From Alphaproteobacteria bacterium (GTDB lineage: Bacteria; Pseudomonadota; Alphaproteobacteria; SHVZ01), in contig SHVZ01000002.1 in the NCBI GenBank assembly GCA_009694025.1, forward strand, positions 3,366 through 67,365: 64,000 nucleotides of DNA, read 5' to 3'. Every line of letters begins with the position of its first letter. Position 1 is the stretch's first letter. The position numbers and the translations under genes were made by a program. A model generated the notes under the pieces. It ran no database searches. It saw only the letters and a list, made by a program, of their open reading frames with translations, and was not told the origin of the DNA. This document shows positions 8,630 to 18,528 of the stretch, in pieces.

Positions 8630-9232
8630 TCACACGATCCGGCTCGCCAAGCCGACCAGGGCGCCGCGCAAAGCGACCCGCCAGGAACCGCCCGGCGGCC
8701 GGCGGAAGACTCCGACGGTATCGCCCCATTGCGCGCTGTCGGCGACGGGATGAGGCGCCCAGTCGGTCGATACCTCGACGAGGTCGAGCCCGGCATAGCG
8801 GGCGAGCGCGCGATACCCGTCGGGGTAGAAGCGCCAGCAGTCGGTCGGATAGGGATGCTCGGGGCCGCGGGAGGGAGCGATCAGGAAGATGAAGCCGCCG
8901 GTCTTGATCACCCGTGCCATCTCGAGGAACGTCATCCAGAAGTACTCGACATGCTCGAACGCCTGGCCGGAGACGATGACGTCGGCGGTTCCTCCCGGCA
9001 GCGGGAAGCGGTAGGGCGAGGGCAGCACGACGTCGACGTTGGGCCCCGACACCATGTCGACGCCGCGGTAGCGCCAGCCCGGATTCTCAAACAGCGGGCG
9101 ATAGCTGCCGGGGAGCGCCGGATCGGCGGTGCCATAGTCGCAGGCACCGATGTCCAGGATCTCGAGTCTCCGGCTGCTGTCGAGATAGCGGCCGATCAGA
9201 TCCTGCATGTGCCGGTAGGAGCTGAGATGCAT
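8630..9232 (-). CDS. class I SAM-dependent methyltransferase
   Basis: The start ATG (9232..9230) shares one base with the wzt stop (TGATG). Motif I-like ILDIGACDYG is present, and ADVIVSGQAFEHV is typical of Methyltransf_11-type proteins. Confidence 0.75.
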   Translation of the reverse strand: MHLSSYRHMQDLIGRYLDSSRRLEILDIGACDYGTADPALPGSYRPLFENPGWRYRGVDMVSGPNVDVVLPSPYRFPLPGGTADVIVSGQAFEHVEYFWMTFLEMARVIKTGGFIFLIAPSRGPEHPYPTDCWRFYPDGYRALARYAGLDLVEVSTDWAPHPVADSAQWGDTVGVFRRPPGGSWRVALRGALVGLASRIV

Positions 9233-10575
9233 CAGCCGACGGTCCTTTCGAGCGAGATCTCGTGCATCGGGACGCCGACCAGACCGGTCGCGGCGCTGGA
9301 GGCATGCGAGGTGAAGGCGAGCGCGTCGTGGATCCAATGGTGCTGAATATGGTCGGTGACGTTCCCGTCGGCGATGGCGACGGCGACCGTATAGGTGCCG
9401 ATGGCGAGGATCGGCATGCGGAACCGGAAGCGCGCGCGGAGCCGCTCGCCGGGCGCGATCGGCACCGCGTCGCCCTCATGGCTGAGATAGGTGTTGTCGC
9501 CGAAGAGGTGCTGACCCAGGCGATCTTTGACCAGAAAGCCGACGATCGGCCGGGAGATCGCCGCATGGCCGAGGATGTCGATGGCGAGCGTCACCATCTC
9601 GCCGCCGACGCACCACGAGAAGGGGTTGCCGTCCTCGGTCTCCATCCGGACGCCGACGATCTCGGCCTGGCCGCGTCCGAACGAGGCCGCGTCCGGACGG
9701 AAGGCGAAGAGCTCGAGGTCGTTGCGGTGGGGGCTCGCATTGATGAAGGCGAGCCGTCCGTCGACGGTTGTGGCCGATCGGCCGGACTCGTCGATCGTCA
9801 TGCGGCGCACGCGGTTGCCGCTTTCGGCGTCGCCCTGGGCCGCTTTCGCCGCATCCGCCAGATAATCCTCGACCACCGGCTTGGCCGGCCCGATGGCGCG
9901 CACCCGCCCCTGATCCAGCCACACCACCCGGTCGCAGAAGCCGAGAACCGCCGCAGTATCGTGGCTGACGAAGAGGATCGAGCCGGTCTCCTGGAACCGG
10001 CGAAGGAACCGCATGCATTTCTGGGCGAAGAAGGCGTCGCCCACCGACAGCGCCTCGTCGACGATCAGGAGATCGGCGTCGACATGGGCGGCGACGGCGA
10101 AGGCAAGGCGCATGTACATGCCGCTCGAATACGTCCTCACCGGCCGCTCGATGTGCTCGCCGAGCTCGGCAAAGGCGACGATCGAGGTGTAGCGCTCGGC
10201 GATCTGCTTGGGCGTGAGGCCAAGCAGCGCCGCGTTCAGATGGATGTTCTCGCGGCCGGTGAAGTCCGGATTGAAGCCGGCGCCGAGCTCGAGCAGGGCG
10301 GCGATCCGGCCATGGACCTCGATGGTGCCGGAGGTCGGCTGCACGGTGCCGGTGACGAGTTGGAGGAAGGTGGACTTGCCCGCACCGTTGCGGCCGATGA
10401 CGCCGACGGTTTCCCCGCGGTCGATGTCGAGCGAGACGTCGGTGAGTGCCCAGACCTCGTGATGCAGCTTCTTCCGCCCGCGCCAGAGAGATTCGACGAT
10501 GCGGTCGCGCGGGCTGGCGTAGAGCCGGTAGCCCTTGGAGAGGCGGCGGGCGCGGAGGATGGGGTCGCCGCTCAT
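9232..10575 (-). CDS. wzt: polysaccharide/O-antigen ABC exporter ATP-binding protein with a C-terminal carbohydrate-binding-type extension
   Basis: Walker A is GRNGAGKSTFL, the signature is YSSGMYMRLAFA, and Walker B is LLIVDEALSVGD. About 200 extra C-terminal residues are beta-rich, as in Wzt_C domains. Confidence 0.9.
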   Translation of the reverse strand: MSGDPILRARRLSKGYRLYASPRDRIVESLWRGRKKLHHEVWALTDVSLDIDRGETVGVIGRNGAGKSTFLQLVTGTVQPTSGTIEVHGRIAALLELGAGFNPDFTGRENIHLNAALLGLTPKQIAERYTSIVAFAELGEHIERPVRTYSSGMYMRLAFAVAAHVDADLLIVDEALSVGDAFFAQKCMRFLRRFQETGSILFVSHDTAAVLGFCDRVVWLDQGRVRAIGPAKPVVEDYLADAAKAAQGDAESGNRVRRMTIDESGRSATTVDGRLAFINASPHRNDLELFAFRPDAASFGRGQAEIVGVRMETEDGNPFSWCVGGEMVTLAIDILGHAAISRPIVGFLVKDRLGQHLFGDNTYLSHEGDAVPIAPGERLRARFRFRMPILAIGTYTVAVAIADGNVTDHIQHHWIHDALAFTSHASSAATGLVGVPMHEISLERTVG

Positions 10576-10579
10576 CGGC

Positions 10580-11461
10580 CTAAAGCACGTCGCTGAAGCC
10601 GCGCCGGAGCTTCATGAAGAAGAGGTAGCCGCCCCAGGCGGCCGCCCAGCCGAGGAGACCGACCCAGGCGAGCTGACCCCAGTCCGGCCAGCGGCCCCAC
10701 AAGAGGACACCGCGCGCCTCCTCGACCAGGACCGCCAGCGGGTTGAGGGTGATGAGCGGCCGGAACGCCTCCGGCACCGCGCTCACCGGATAGAAGATCG
10801 GCAGCAGGAACATCATCAGCGTCACCACGAGCGCGACCGCCTGGCCGAGATCGCGAAAATAGACGCCAGCCGCCGACACTGCCCAGGTGAGGCCGAGGAT
10901 GCCGAGGACGAGCGGCAGCACCACCGCCGGCAGTGCGAGCGCGGTCGCTCCGGGCGTGAAGCCGAGGACGGTGGCGATCATCAGGAGCACCGCGGTGCCG
11001 ATGGCGAGTTGAAACAGCGCGCCGCCGAGGATCACCGCCGGGAGAATCTGGACCGGGAAGACGACCTTCTTCACCAGATTGGCCTGGGAGATGACGAGGC
11101 CCGGCGCACGCGTCAGGCATTCGGCGAAGCAGGTGAAGACCAGCAGGCCGGCGAAGGCGACCAGCGCAAACTCGCCGTGCCCCACGGTCGACGCCCCCCA
11201 CTTCACCCGGAAGATGACGCTGAAGACGAAGGTATAGGCGGCGAGGGTCAGGAGCGGCGTCGCCAACGACCACAGGAGGCCGAGCGCCGAGCCACGATAG
11301 CGACCCTCGATCTCGCGCCGGGTCAACGCCACCAGCAGGGCACGATTGCGCCAGAGATCGATGAAGGGCGCGACCGGGCTAGGATCGATGCGGGCGCGAG
11401 TCTCGTTGGTCGCGGCCGGCCGCGGCCTGTCCCTTCCGGTCGGGGTCGCGGTCTCGCTCAC
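10580..11461 (-). CDS. wzm: ABC-2 type polysaccharide exporter permease
   Basis: The GTG start at 11461 overlaps the upstream stop (GTGA). RREIEGRYRGSALGLLWS is the hallmark N-terminal motif of Wzm/TagG permeases. Six hydrophobic segments follow. Confidence 0.85.
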   Translation of the reverse strand: MSETATPTGRDRPRPAATNETRARIDPSPVAPFIDLWRNRALLVALTRREIEGRYRGSALGLLWSLATPLLTLAAYTFVFSVIFRVKWGASTVGHGEFALVAFAGLLVFTCFAECLTRAPGLVISQANLVKKVVFPVQILPAVILGGALFQLAIGTAVLLMIATVLGFTPGATALALPAVVLPLVLGILGLTWAVSAAGVYFRDLGQAVALVVTLMMFLLPIFYPVSAVPEAFRPLITLNPLAVLVEEARGVLLWGRWPDWGQLAWVGLLGWAAAWGGYLFFMKLRRGFSDVL

Positions 11462-14400
11462 GCGGCCGCCGTCGACGGCTTCAGGAAGGGCTGCCACGGG
11501 CGCTCGCGCCTGGCCGGAAAGGCCACGACCGGATGCGCGGTCGACAGCGAGAGGTTGGGATTGAAGAAGGGGTCGCGGTCGAGACGCGGGCCCCAGCGCT
11601 CGCGCATGTAGGCGACCTCGCCTTGGAACCGGGTGAAGTGCTGCGAGGAAAGGTCGTTGCCGCGACTCTTCGATTCCCAGTGATAGAGCGTCGCTTCGGG
11701 CGTCCAGATGATCGTGTAGCCCTTTTCGGTGATCTTGAGACAGAGGTCGACGTCGTTGAACGCGACCTTGAGGTTGGCCTCGTCGAGCCCGCCGACCTCC
11801 TCGAAGACCGAGCGCCTGAGCGCGAGGCAGGCGGCGGTGACGGCGGAAACGTCGTGAGCGATCTTGAGCCAGCCGAAGTATCCGGGCGAGTCGGCGGGGA
11901 CGCCGGTGTGGAGATGCCCGGCGACGCCGTTCAAGCCGAGGACCACGCCACCATGCTGGAGGGTGTTGTCCGGGTAGAGGAGCTTGGCGCCGACGGCGCC
12001 GACCTCGGGCCTCACCGCGTGCTTGACCATCTCCTTGAGCCAGCGGCCGTCGATGACCTCGATGTCGTTGTTGAGGAGGACGACGACCTCGCCCGATGAG
12101 GCGCGGACCGCGGCGTTGTTGATCGCCGAGTAGTTGAAGGGCCCGGGGAAGTCGACGACCCGCACGCGCGCGTCGCCGCGGAGCTCCTCGAAGAACGCCA
12201 GCGTCTCCGATTCGAGGCTGTCGTTGTTGGCGATCACCAGTTCGATGTCCGGATAGTCGGTCCGTTCCAGCACGCCCTCGACGCAGGTCCTGAGGACGGA
12301 GAGGTGGTCCCGGGTTGGAACGATGACGGAGACCTTGGGCCAGATCGGCGGCGCTGCGCGGACCACCCGGTGATAGGCATGGACCCAAGGCAGGACCTCC
12401 GCATCGACGTCCTTGCCCGACAGGTGCTCGCCGATGGCCTTCCGCGCCGACTCGGATGCCTTCTCGATCTGCGTCGAAGAGAAGGTGCCGGCCCCCGGAA
12501 ACAGCCGCCAGTGGTAGAGGACCCAAGGCATGTGGACGATCGGGCCCTTGGTCGCAGCGAGGATGCGGAGCACCAGGTCGTAATCCTGACTCCCCTCGAA
12601 GCCCAGACGGAAACCGCCGACCGCCTTGATCGCGTCGAGACGATAGACGCCGAGGTGGCTGACGTAGTTCTGGCCGAGCAGGAGGTCGAAGCCGAAATCG
12701 GACTTGAAGTAGGGGTCGCGGCGCCGCCCTTCGTCGTCGATCTTGTCCTCGTCGGAATAGAAGGCGTCGGCGGCCGGATTCTCGTTGATGGCGGCGGCGG
12801 CGATGTAGAGCGCGTGCTCGGCAAGCAGATCGTCATGATCGAGGAGGGCGACATGGCTCCCGGCGGCGAGGTCCATTGCCGAGTTGCTGGCCGCCGAGAT
12901 ATGGCCGTTCGTCTCACGGAACACCACCCTCACCCGGGCGTCGCGGCTGGCATAGTCCTCGAGTACCGGGCGAACATGGGACGCCGTCGATGCGTCGTCG
13001 GCAATGCAGAGTTCCCAGTGCGGATAGAGCTGGGCCAGGACCGAATCCAGCATCGCCCGGAGATATCGCTCAGGCGTGTTGTAGACCGGAACGAGGACGG
13101 AAATGAGCGGATGCTCGGGAAGGGCACGTATATGCGCGGCGATCGCGCCGCGGTCCGCCTCCGTCAGCGTGTCGTAGCTGGCGATCCAGCGCTCATAGAG
13201 GTCGAAATCCTGCTGGGCATAGACTTCGTTGAAGCGGGCCAGCGTCGCCGATACGCCGTTGCGCAGCAGAAAAGCAAGGGCGCTCGGCACGCGCCCGCGC
13301 TGCTGCCAGACCGTGCGCATGACCAGCTCGGCTTCGCCGATCTCCCGGAACGAGAGATCCGGCGTGTCGGGCAAGGTCTCGGCGGAGCACTGGACCTTCA
13401 CGCGGAGGCCGAAGATCCCGTCCGGAAGGCGAATGAGGTGGCCGTCGAGCCGTCCTTTGATCGAAGGTACGCTGACCGGATGCCAGTGGCCGTCGCCGTG
13501 GTCGACGTAGAGCGTGAGGAAGATCGTGCCGTCGTAGCGCGGCCCGGCATAGGTGAAGGACACCCACCGAGTCGGCAGGCGGGGCCGCGACGATTTGGCC
13601 TCGTACCAATCGGCGTGGCCGGTGGGCGTATCGGTGACCTCGATGGGAGGGCAGCGCTTCAGCTCGATGCGGTGTTGGGTCGAGCGCAGCAGATAGCGCA
13701 GCCGGCCGAGCAAGCGACCGCCGAGGCGGACCGGAGCGGTCAGGCGCCAGGAGGTCGAGGTCTCGAATCCGAGTATCCGGTTCTCGAGGAAGCGGATCTC
13801 GCTGTCGAGGACGGCGATGCGGCGATGTGCTTCGTCGATGACGCCCTGGCGCCAGATCGCCTGGGCATTGACCTCCTGGGTACGGAGATTCGCCTCGTGG
13901 AGCTGGCGGTAGGCATCGGCGAGTTCGATCCGAACCGCGTCGTGCGCATTGCCGAGGTTGTCGGCATGGACCTGGGCCGCCTTACCGCGCCGGTCGCTCA
14001 CATCGAGATCGACTAGAACCCGAACCGAGCGGCCGCGGGCGGCGAAGAAGTCGCGGACGATCGCCGCCGCGGTCTCGTCGAGACCGGTCAGCCAGCAGAT
14101 CGACTCCGGCTGATCGGGTCCGATCGCGAGCACCCCGAGACCATGGCCATGGAGGAAGTGATACGATGGGTGGCGCGTCCGCACCTCGTCCCAGAACCGC
14201 CAGGCGCCGAAATCGCCGCCGCGTTCGTTGATGTCGTGGAAGAGGACGACCGCGCGCCGGCTCAGCTTCGGCAGCCACGTCTCCAAATCGCCGCGGACGG
14301 CCTCGTAGGTGTGATAGCCGTCGATGTGCAGGAGATCGATCGAGCCGTCGGCGAAGCCGGGAAGCGCGTCCGCGAAGGTGGCGCGGACCAGCGTCGAGAA

Positions 14401-14772
14401 GCTGCCGTAGCGGGGATCGTGGTGCCGGCGGAGCTCGTCGAGCACGTTGCCGGAATAGGCCGCCTCGGACTTGTTGGTATGGGCGTCGCCCTGCCAGGTG
14501 TCGACGGCATAGCAGGCGGTCGGGAGCGCGAGGCGCTTCACCGCCTGGGCGAAGGCGCAATAGGAGACGCCGGCATGCGTCCCGAGCTCGACCAGCACGC
14601 GCGGGCGCACCGCCTCGATCACCCACATCGCGAACGGCGTGTGCTCGGTCCATGCCGAAAGCTCGGACAGCCGCTCGGGCGTCTCGAAAACGAACGGCCG
14701 GTACAGAAGGTCGGGCCGCGGCAGCGCGTCCGTCATCGGGCGACGTCCGCTGCCTTCGGTCAGTTCGTCCAT
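11458..14772 (-). CDS. multidomain polysaccharide biosynthesis protein: N-terminal class I methyltransferase, coiled coil, unassigned domain, two GT2 glycosyltransferase domains
   Basis: 1104 aa. The methyltransferase region is VLVELGTHAGVSY..LLHIDGYHTYEAV..VLFHD. A heptad-like segment ends in the SWRLTAPVR motif. GT2 number 1 is ISVLVPVYNTPERYL..LLDHDDLL. GT2 number 2 is VSVIVPTRDHLSVL..LLNNDIEV. Confidence 0.85.
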   Translation of the reverse strand: MDELTEGSGRRPMTDALPRPDLLYRPFVFETPERLSELSAWTEHTPFAMWVIEAVRPRVLVELGTHAGVSYCAFAQAVKRLALPTACYAVDTWQGDAHTNKSEAAYSGNVLDELRRHHDPRYGSFSTLVRATFADALPGFADGSIDLLHIDGYHTYEAVRGDLETWLPKLSRRAVVLFHDINERGGDFGAWRFWDEVRTRHPSYHFLHGHGLGVLAIGPDQPESICWLTGLDETAAAIVRDFFAARGRSVRVLVDLDVSDRRGKAAQVHADNLGNAHDAVRIELADAYRQLHEANLRTQEVNAQAIWRQGVIDEAHRRIAVLDSEIRFLENRILGFETSTSWRLTAPVRLGGRLLGRLRYLLRSTQHRIELKRCPPIEVTDTPTGHADWYEAKSSRPRLPTRWVSFTYAGPRYDGTIFLTLYVDHGDGHWHPVSVPSIKGRLDGHLIRLPDGIFGLRVKVQCSAETLPDTPDLSFREIGEAELVMRTVWQQRGRVPSALAFLLRNGVSATLARFNEVYAQQDFDLYERWIASYDTLTEADRGAIAAHIRALPEHPLISVLVPVYNTPERYLRAMLDSVLAQLYPHWELCIADDASTASHVRPVLEDYASRDARVRVVFRETNGHISAASNSAMDLAAGSHVALLDHDDLLAEHALYIAAAAINENPAADAFYSDEDKIDDEGRRRDPYFKSDFGFDLLLGQNYVSHLGVYRLDAIKAVGGFRLGFEGSQDYDLVLRILAATKGPIVHMPWVLYHWRLFPGAGTFSSTQIEKASESARKAIGEHLSGKDVDAEVLPWVHAYHRVVRAAPPIWPKVSVIVPTRDHLSVLRTCVEGVLERTDYPDIELVIANNDSLESETLAFFEELRGDARVRVVDFPGPFNYSAINNAAVRASSGEVVVLLNNDIEVIDGRWLKEMVKHAVRPEVGAVGAKLLYPDNTLQHGGVVLGLNGVAGHLHTGVPADSPGYFGWLKIAHDVSAVTAACLALRRSVFEEVGGLDEANLKVAFNDVDLCLKITEKGYTIIWTPEATLYHWESKSRGNDLSSQHFTRFQGEVAYMRERWGPRLDRDPFFNPNLSLSTAHPVVAFPARRERPWQPFLKPSTAAA

Positions 14773-14784
14773 GATGACAATGGC

Positions 14785-16200
14785 TTACGCCCTTCCATAG
14801 GCATCGTCCAGCCGCTCGATGTCGTCCTCGCCGACATAGGCGCCGGACTGGACCTCGACCAGGTGGAGAGTGTCCTTGCCGGGATTGACCAGGCGGTGCA
14901 CCGCGCCGAGCGGCACCATCACCGATTCGGTCGGCCCGAGCCGGCGGGTCTCGTCGCCGACCGTGACCTCGGCCGTCCCGGCGACGACGATCCAGTGCTC
15001 GGTCCGCTTGGCATGGCGCTGCAGCGACAGCCGGCCACCGGGATTGACGACGATGCGCTTGACCTGGAAACCGGCGCCGGAATCGACGCTTCGGTAGTGG
15101 CCCCACGGCCGGTAGACGACGGTCGGCGAAGTCGCCTCGGCACGGCCGGCCGCGGCGAGGGCCTCGACCACGCCCTTGAGCTCCAGGGCTCGATCACGGT
15201 GCGCGACCAATACCGCATCGGGGTCGGCAACCACCACCAGATCCTCGACGCCGACGGCGACCAGCAGGCGGCCGTTCGAGCGGAGGTAGCAGTTCTTCGC
15301 GCCGGCGGCGTGGACGTCGCCGATGCGGACGTTGCCGCGATCGTCCCTGGGCGCGATGTCGTGCAGCGCCCGCCATGAGCCGACGTCGCTCCAGCCGGGA
15401 TCCACCGGCACGACGACGCCGCGGTCGGTCCGCTCCATCACCGCGTAGTCGATCGAGCGCGACGGCGCCTTGGCGAACGCCTCGATATCGAGGCGAAGGA
15501 AGTCGAGGTCGTTCCGGCCGCGGGCGACCGAGGCGGCGGCGGCGTCCGCGATCTCCGGCGCGTATCGCCTCAGTTCCTCGAGGTAGACCCGGGCGGAGAG
15601 GAGAAAGATGCCGGCGTTCCAGTAGTGCCGGCCGTCTGCCACCAGGCGTTCGGCGGTGGCGCGGTCGGGCTTCTCGACGAAGGCTTCGATCCGCCGGCAG
15701 GGCCCGGCCCCTACGATCGCCGGCCCGGCCTGGATGTAGCCGAAACCGGTCTCGGCCGCGGCCGGCCGGATGCCGAAGGTGACGATGGCGCCGGCCCGGG
15801 CGGTCGCCTCGGCGGCGACGACGCCGGCGAGCCATGGCTCCGGGCGGATCATCGCGTGGTCGGATGGCAGGACCAGCATCACCGCCTCGGGGTCGCGCTG
15901 GGCCAGCACCTCGGCGGCGGCGGCGATCGCCGGTGCGGTGTTCCGCGCCATCGGCTCCAGCAGGATGGCGGCCGCCGGCTGGTCGACCTGACGGAGCTGC
16001 TCGGCGACGGCGAAACGGTGCTCGGCGTTGCAGACGACGACCGGGGCATGGAAGCGCGACCGGTCGGCGACCCGGAGAGCGGTGTCCTGCAACAGGCTGT
16101 TGAGGCCCACCAGAGGCTGAAGCTGCTTTGGAAACAGCGCACGCGACATCGGCCAGAGCCGGCTGCCGGTGCCGCCCGAGAGGATCACCGGATGGATCAT
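14785..16200 (-). CDS. manC: mannose-1-phosphate guanylyltransferase / mannose-6-phosphate isomerase
   Basis: The start is at MIHPVILSGGTGSRLWPMSR (ATG 16200). A C-terminal cupin region follows (RPWGHY..VKRIVVNPGGRLSLQRHAKRTEHWIVV). Confidence 0.9.
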   Translation of the reverse strand: MIHPVILSGGTGSRLWPMSRALFPKQLQPLVGLNSLLQDTALRVADRSRFHAPVVVCNAEHRFAVAEQLRQVDQPAAAILLEPMARNTAPAIAAAAEVLAQRDPEAVMLVLPSDHAMIRPEPWLAGVVAAEATARAGAIVTFGIRPAAAETGFGYIQAGPAIVGAGPCRRIEAFVEKPDRATAERLVADGRHYWNAGIFLLSARVYLEELRRYAPEIADAAAASVARGRNDLDFLRLDIEAFAKAPSRSIDYAVMERTDRGVVVPVDPGWSDVGSWRALHDIAPRDDRGNVRIGDVHAAGAKNCYLRSNGRLLVAVGVEDLVVVADPDAVLVAHRDRALELKGVVEALAAAGRAEATSPTVVYRPWGHYRSVDSGAGFQVKRIVVNPGGRLSLQRHAKRTEHWIVVAGTAEVTVGDETRRLGPTESVMVPLGAVHRLVNPGKDTLHLVEVQSGAYVGEDDIERLDDAYGRA

Positions 16201-16280
16201 GCTGCGGCTCCCGCTACTTGAGGGGGCGGGGCCTGTCAACCATTGCGCCCGGGGGGGCGGCGGAGGCATCGTCCGCCCGG

Positions 16281-17069
16281 ATGCTGCCTTGGCTTCAGCC
16301 CTTTCCCGCCGATCCCGTTCTGGTGGCGGCCGGCGTTGCCGGCTTCGCCGCCCTCGGCAGCTTCCTCGGTGCCGCCCAGGCGCGCCTGGGCGCCACCCTC
16401 GACGGCGAGGCGACCTATGGCGGCGCCTCCTTCTGGAGAGGCCGGTCGATCTGCCCGGCCTGCCGGCAGGGGCTGCCGGTTCGCGACCTCGTCCCGATCG
16501 TCTCCTGGATCGCCCTCGGCCGGCGCTGCCGGCACTGCGGCGTGCCGATCCCGACCGACTATGCCGCGGTCGAGGCCGGCTCGGTCCTCGTCTTCGTTCT
16601 CGCCCTGTGGCTCGGCGGGCCCTGGCCTTCCGTCCTCGGCCGGGCGCTCCTGGGCGCGGTGCTGGTGGCGCTGGTTGCGGTCGATCTCCGCCGGCTGCTT
16701 CTGCCGGATGGGTTGGTTCTGCCGCTGCTCCCCCTCGGCCTCCTCGAGGCCTGGCTCGCCGGCGGCGACCTCGTGGTGGCCTCCGCCGGAGCGGTTTTCG
16801 GCGGCGGCCTCCTCTGGCTCGTCCGTGCCGTCCACAAGCGGGTGCGGGGACGCGAGGGCCTCGGCCTCGGTGACGTCAAGCTGATGGCGGCCGGCGGCGC
16901 CTGGGTCGGTCCGGCCGGTATCGGCCCGGTCCTCCTCGTCGCCGCGCTCGCCACCCTGACGGCGATCGGAGTCGCCTATCTTCTCGGCCGGGGGCCGACG
17001 ACCGCGAGCCGCATTCCGTTCGGCCCCGGGCTCGCCCTCGGCATCTTCGCGGTGACGCTCTTCGCTTAA
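16281..17069 (+). CDS. prepilin (type IV leader) peptidase, A24 family
   Basis: The start is at MLPWLQ (ATG 16281). The Cys motif is CPACRQ..CRHCG. Asp-containing motifs are AVDLRRLLLPD and GLGDVKLMAA. The protein is polytopic. Confidence 0.8.
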   Translation: MLPWLQPFPADPVLVAAGVAGFAALGSFLGAAQARLGATLDGEATYGGASFWRGRSICPACRQGLPVRDLVPIVSWIALGRRCRHCGVPIPTDYAAVEAGSVLVFVLALWLGGPWPSVLGRALLGAVLVALVAVDLRRLLLPDGLVLPLLPLGLLEAWLAGGDLVVASAGAVFGGGLLWLVRAVHKRVRGREGLGLGDVKLMAAGGAWVGPAGIGPVLLVAALATLTAIGVAYLLGRGPTTASRIPFGPGLALGIFAVTLFA

Positions 17070-17590
17070 TGCGCCTTCGGCCCGTGCGACGAGATCTTGT
17101 CGAGATAGGCCAGCAGCAGAGCGGAGAAGACGAAGACCATATGCATGACCATCAGCAGGATGATCTTGCTGTCCGCCATCTCGTTGACGTTGAGGAAGGC
17201 GCGCAGCAGGTGGATGGATGAGATGGCGACGATCGCCGCGGCGACCTTCACCTTGAGATTCCCGGCGTCGATCTTGCCGAGCCAGTCCGGCTTCTCCACG
17301 CCCTCGGCGACCTCGATATCGGAGACGAAGTTCTCGTAGCCGCTGATCACCACCATGATCAGCAGGTTGGCGACCAGCACGACATCGACCAGCGCCAGCA
17401 CCGTCAGCACGACATCGGACTCGCCGGCGGTGAATATCGTCGCGTAGAGGTGCCACAGCTCCCGAAAGAAGGTGATCGCGAGCGCGACGACGACCAACAC
17501 CAGCCCGAGATAGAACGGCGTCAGCAGCCAGCGGCTGTTGAGGATGAACCGTTCGACCAGGACCTCCGCGCGAGAGCGCATTCCCGTCAC
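17066..17590 (-). CDS. UPF0114 / YqhA-family membrane protein
   Basis: 174 aa. ERFILNSRWLLTPFYLGL at the N-terminus and four hydrophobic segments are typical of the TIGR00645/UPF0114 family. Confidence 0.75.
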   Translation of the reverse strand: MTGMRSRAEVLVERFILNSRWLLTPFYLGLVLVVVALAITFFRELWHLYATIFTAGESDVVLTVLALVDVVLVANLLIMVVISGYENFVSDIEVAEGVEKPDWLGKIDAGNLKVKVAAAIVAISSIHLLRAFLNVNEMADSKIILLMVMHMVFVFSALLLAYLDKISSHGPKAH

Positions 17591-18528
17591 GACGCCGAGG
17601 CGAAGCGGCCGCTCGGCCGGAAGCGGTCGAGATAGGAGGGGATCACCGACTCGACCGGCGTCGGCTTGATGCCGAGCTCCGGCAGGCCGGGGACGCCGGG
17701 CGCGACGATGTTGTCGCGCTCGAGCAGCCGCACCTGATCGACGGTCAGCGGAGGTGCCGGCAATATCTGGAGGAAGCGGGCCTGCAGGCGGGCGATCGGG
17801 AAGGGGATGCTGACGAGGCAGCGCTTGCGCTTGATCTCCTTCAGCATCAGCTCGATCAGCTGGCGGAAGGTGTAGATCGTCGGCCCGCCGAGCTCGTAGG
17901 TCGCCCCGGCGGTCTTGGGATCGGCGAGCGCGCGTAACACCGCCTCGGCGACGTCGCCGACATAGACCGGCTGGAAGCGGGTCTTGCCGCCGCCGAACAG
18001 GGGCAGCGCCGGCATCACCCGGGCCAGCCCGGCGAAGCGGTTGAAGAAACCGTCCTCCGGGCCGAAGACCAGGCTCGGGCGGAAGATCGTCGCACCGGGA
18101 AAGGCGGCCCGGACGGCCGCTTCTCCGGCGGCCTTGGTCCTGGCATAGAGCGCCGGCGAGGCGGGATCGGCGCCGAGCGCGCTGACATGGACGAGGCGGC
18201 CGGCCCCGGCCCCTGCGGCGGCCTCGGCGACCGTTCCGGCGCCCTGGTGATGGATCGCCTCGAAGCTTTGGCGGCCCGACTCGTAGAGGATTCCCACCAG
18301 ATTGACGACCGCATCGGCGCCGGCGACCGCGCCGGCGACTGCGTCCTTGTCGCGGAGCGACACCGCCATCGGCGTCACCTGGCCGACATCGCCCATCGGT
18401 TTCAGGAACTTGGCCCGCTCGGCGTCGCGGACGGCGACGTTGATCCGCCAGCCGTCGCGGGCAAGCTGGCGGACGACGTAGCGGCCGATGAAGCCGGAGC
18501 CGCCGAAGATCGTCGCAAGTCGGGCCAT
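17587..18528 (-). CDS. NAD(P)-binding Rossmann protein, complex I NDUFA9-like / NAD-dependent epimerase family
   Basis: The Rossmann motif is IFGGSGFIGRYVV. The later YARTKAAGE motif is short-chain dehydrogenase/epimerase-like. The stop overlaps the downstream start by 4 nt. Confidence 0.8.
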   Translation of the reverse strand: MARLATIFGGSGFIGRYVVRQLARDGWRINVAVRDAERAKFLKPMGDVGQVTPMAVSLRDKDAVAGAVAGADAVVNLVGILYESGRQSFEAIHHQGAGTVAEAAAGAGAGRLVHVSALGADPASPALYARTKAAGEAAVRAAFPGATIFRPSLVFGPEDGFFNRFAGLARVMPALPLFGGGKTRFQPVYVGDVAEAVLRALADPKTAGATYELGGPTIYTFRQLIELMLKEIKRKRCLVSIPFPIARLQARFLQILPAPPLTVDQVRLLERDNIVAPGVPGLPELGIKPTPVESVIPSYLDRFRPSGRFASAS

